This document shows, one piece after another, positions 63,165 to 64,000 of a DNA stretch of 64,000 nucleotides; the stretch's first letter is position 1, and each line of letters starts with the position of its first letter. A program made the translations under genes and the position numbers. The stretch spans positions 36,456,001 through 36,520,000 of the forward strand of contig NC_043009.1 of assembly GCF_006345805.1 (NCBI RefSeq), read 5' to 3'. The notes beneath the pieces are model-generated. The model worked only from the letters and a program-made list of their open reading frames with translations, was not told the DNA's origin and searched no databases. This DNA is from Octopus sinensis (taxonomy: Eukaryota).

Positions 63165-64000
63165 TAAGGCAGCGAGCTGCCAGAATCATTATCATGCTGA
63201 GCAAAATGCTTAGAAGCATTTCATCTATCTTTATGTTCTGAGTTCGAATTCTGCCAAGGTTGGCTGCCGTTCATCCTTTCATGGTCAATAAAATAAGCAC
63301 CCAATAAGCACTGGGGTCAATATAACTGACTTACTCTCTCCCTTGAAATAATTTTCCTTGTGCCAAAATTTGAAACCTATATATATATATATGATGGGCT
63401 GCTTTATTCCCCATTTACTAATTTCCTTCACAAGGTATTGGTTTAGCTACAGCTATAACAGAGAACACCAGCCAAAAGCATCCATGCAGTTGGGCTGAAC
63501 CCTTAACCACATGCTGTTGAAGCAAACTTCTTAATCATGCAGCCAACTGCAAATATGTACAACAGGGGTAGCTGCCAAACATGCTTTAAATTTCACCTCT
63601 ACCCTGTTGAAAAAGAAGGGATGCATTGTCGCCGCCTCGACTGGCTTCCATGCCGGTGGCACGTAAAATGCACCAATCCGACTGTGGCCGTTGCCAGCCT
63701 CGCCTGGCACCTGTGCAGGTGGCACGTAAAAAGCACCCACTACACTCACGGAGTGGTTGGCGTTAGGAAGGGCATCCAGCTGTAGAAACATTGCCAGATA
63801 AGACTGGAGCCTGGGGCAGCCTTCTGGCTTCCCAGATCCCCGGTCGAACCGTCCAACCCATGCTAGCATGGAGAACGGACGTTAAACAATGATGATGATG
63901 ATGATGATTATTAAATTAAATATAGAGTATCTGGGTGGGTTTGGATGGAATGCTTTTGATCATAGGTCTGGTCAGTCTAGGTTGACCTGGGGTTAAACAA

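Overview
AT-rich, repeat-dense animal genomic DNA. The SINE/RTE repertoire and the (TA)n/(CA)n microsatellite load suggest an octopod cephalopod; this is inferred from the repeats, not proven. Only two host genes are recognisable. The first coding exon of PGAP2 lies on the - strand at 7841-8032, and the rest of that gene probably runs off the left edge. The first two coding exons of the mitochondrial ornithine carrier SLC25A15 lie on the + strand at 59559-59634 and 60938-61325, and that gene continues past the right edge. The rest is fossil mobile DNA: CR1, RTE and R4/Dong-type LINEs, Penelope-like elements (PLEs), Tc1/mariner/maT, hAT, Helitrons, piggyBac-type and other MITEs, and several tRNA-derived SINE families. 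The most interesting signal came from manual reading: about 12 minimal type-I hammerhead-ribozyme-like motifs in about 9 sequence-distinct repeat contexts. Two have a complete catalytic core as the compensatory U3-A8 variant, and one of these lies on the sense strand of the PGAP2 intron. One sits inside a tRNA-headed SINE-like element. Several coincide with inverted duplications, including a roughly 99% identical 651-bp inverted repeat derived from a PLE. All folds were assigned by eye; no activity or novelty has been demonstrated. SINE and LINE boundaries are approximate (about +/-20 bp) unless a target-site duplication (TSD) is given.
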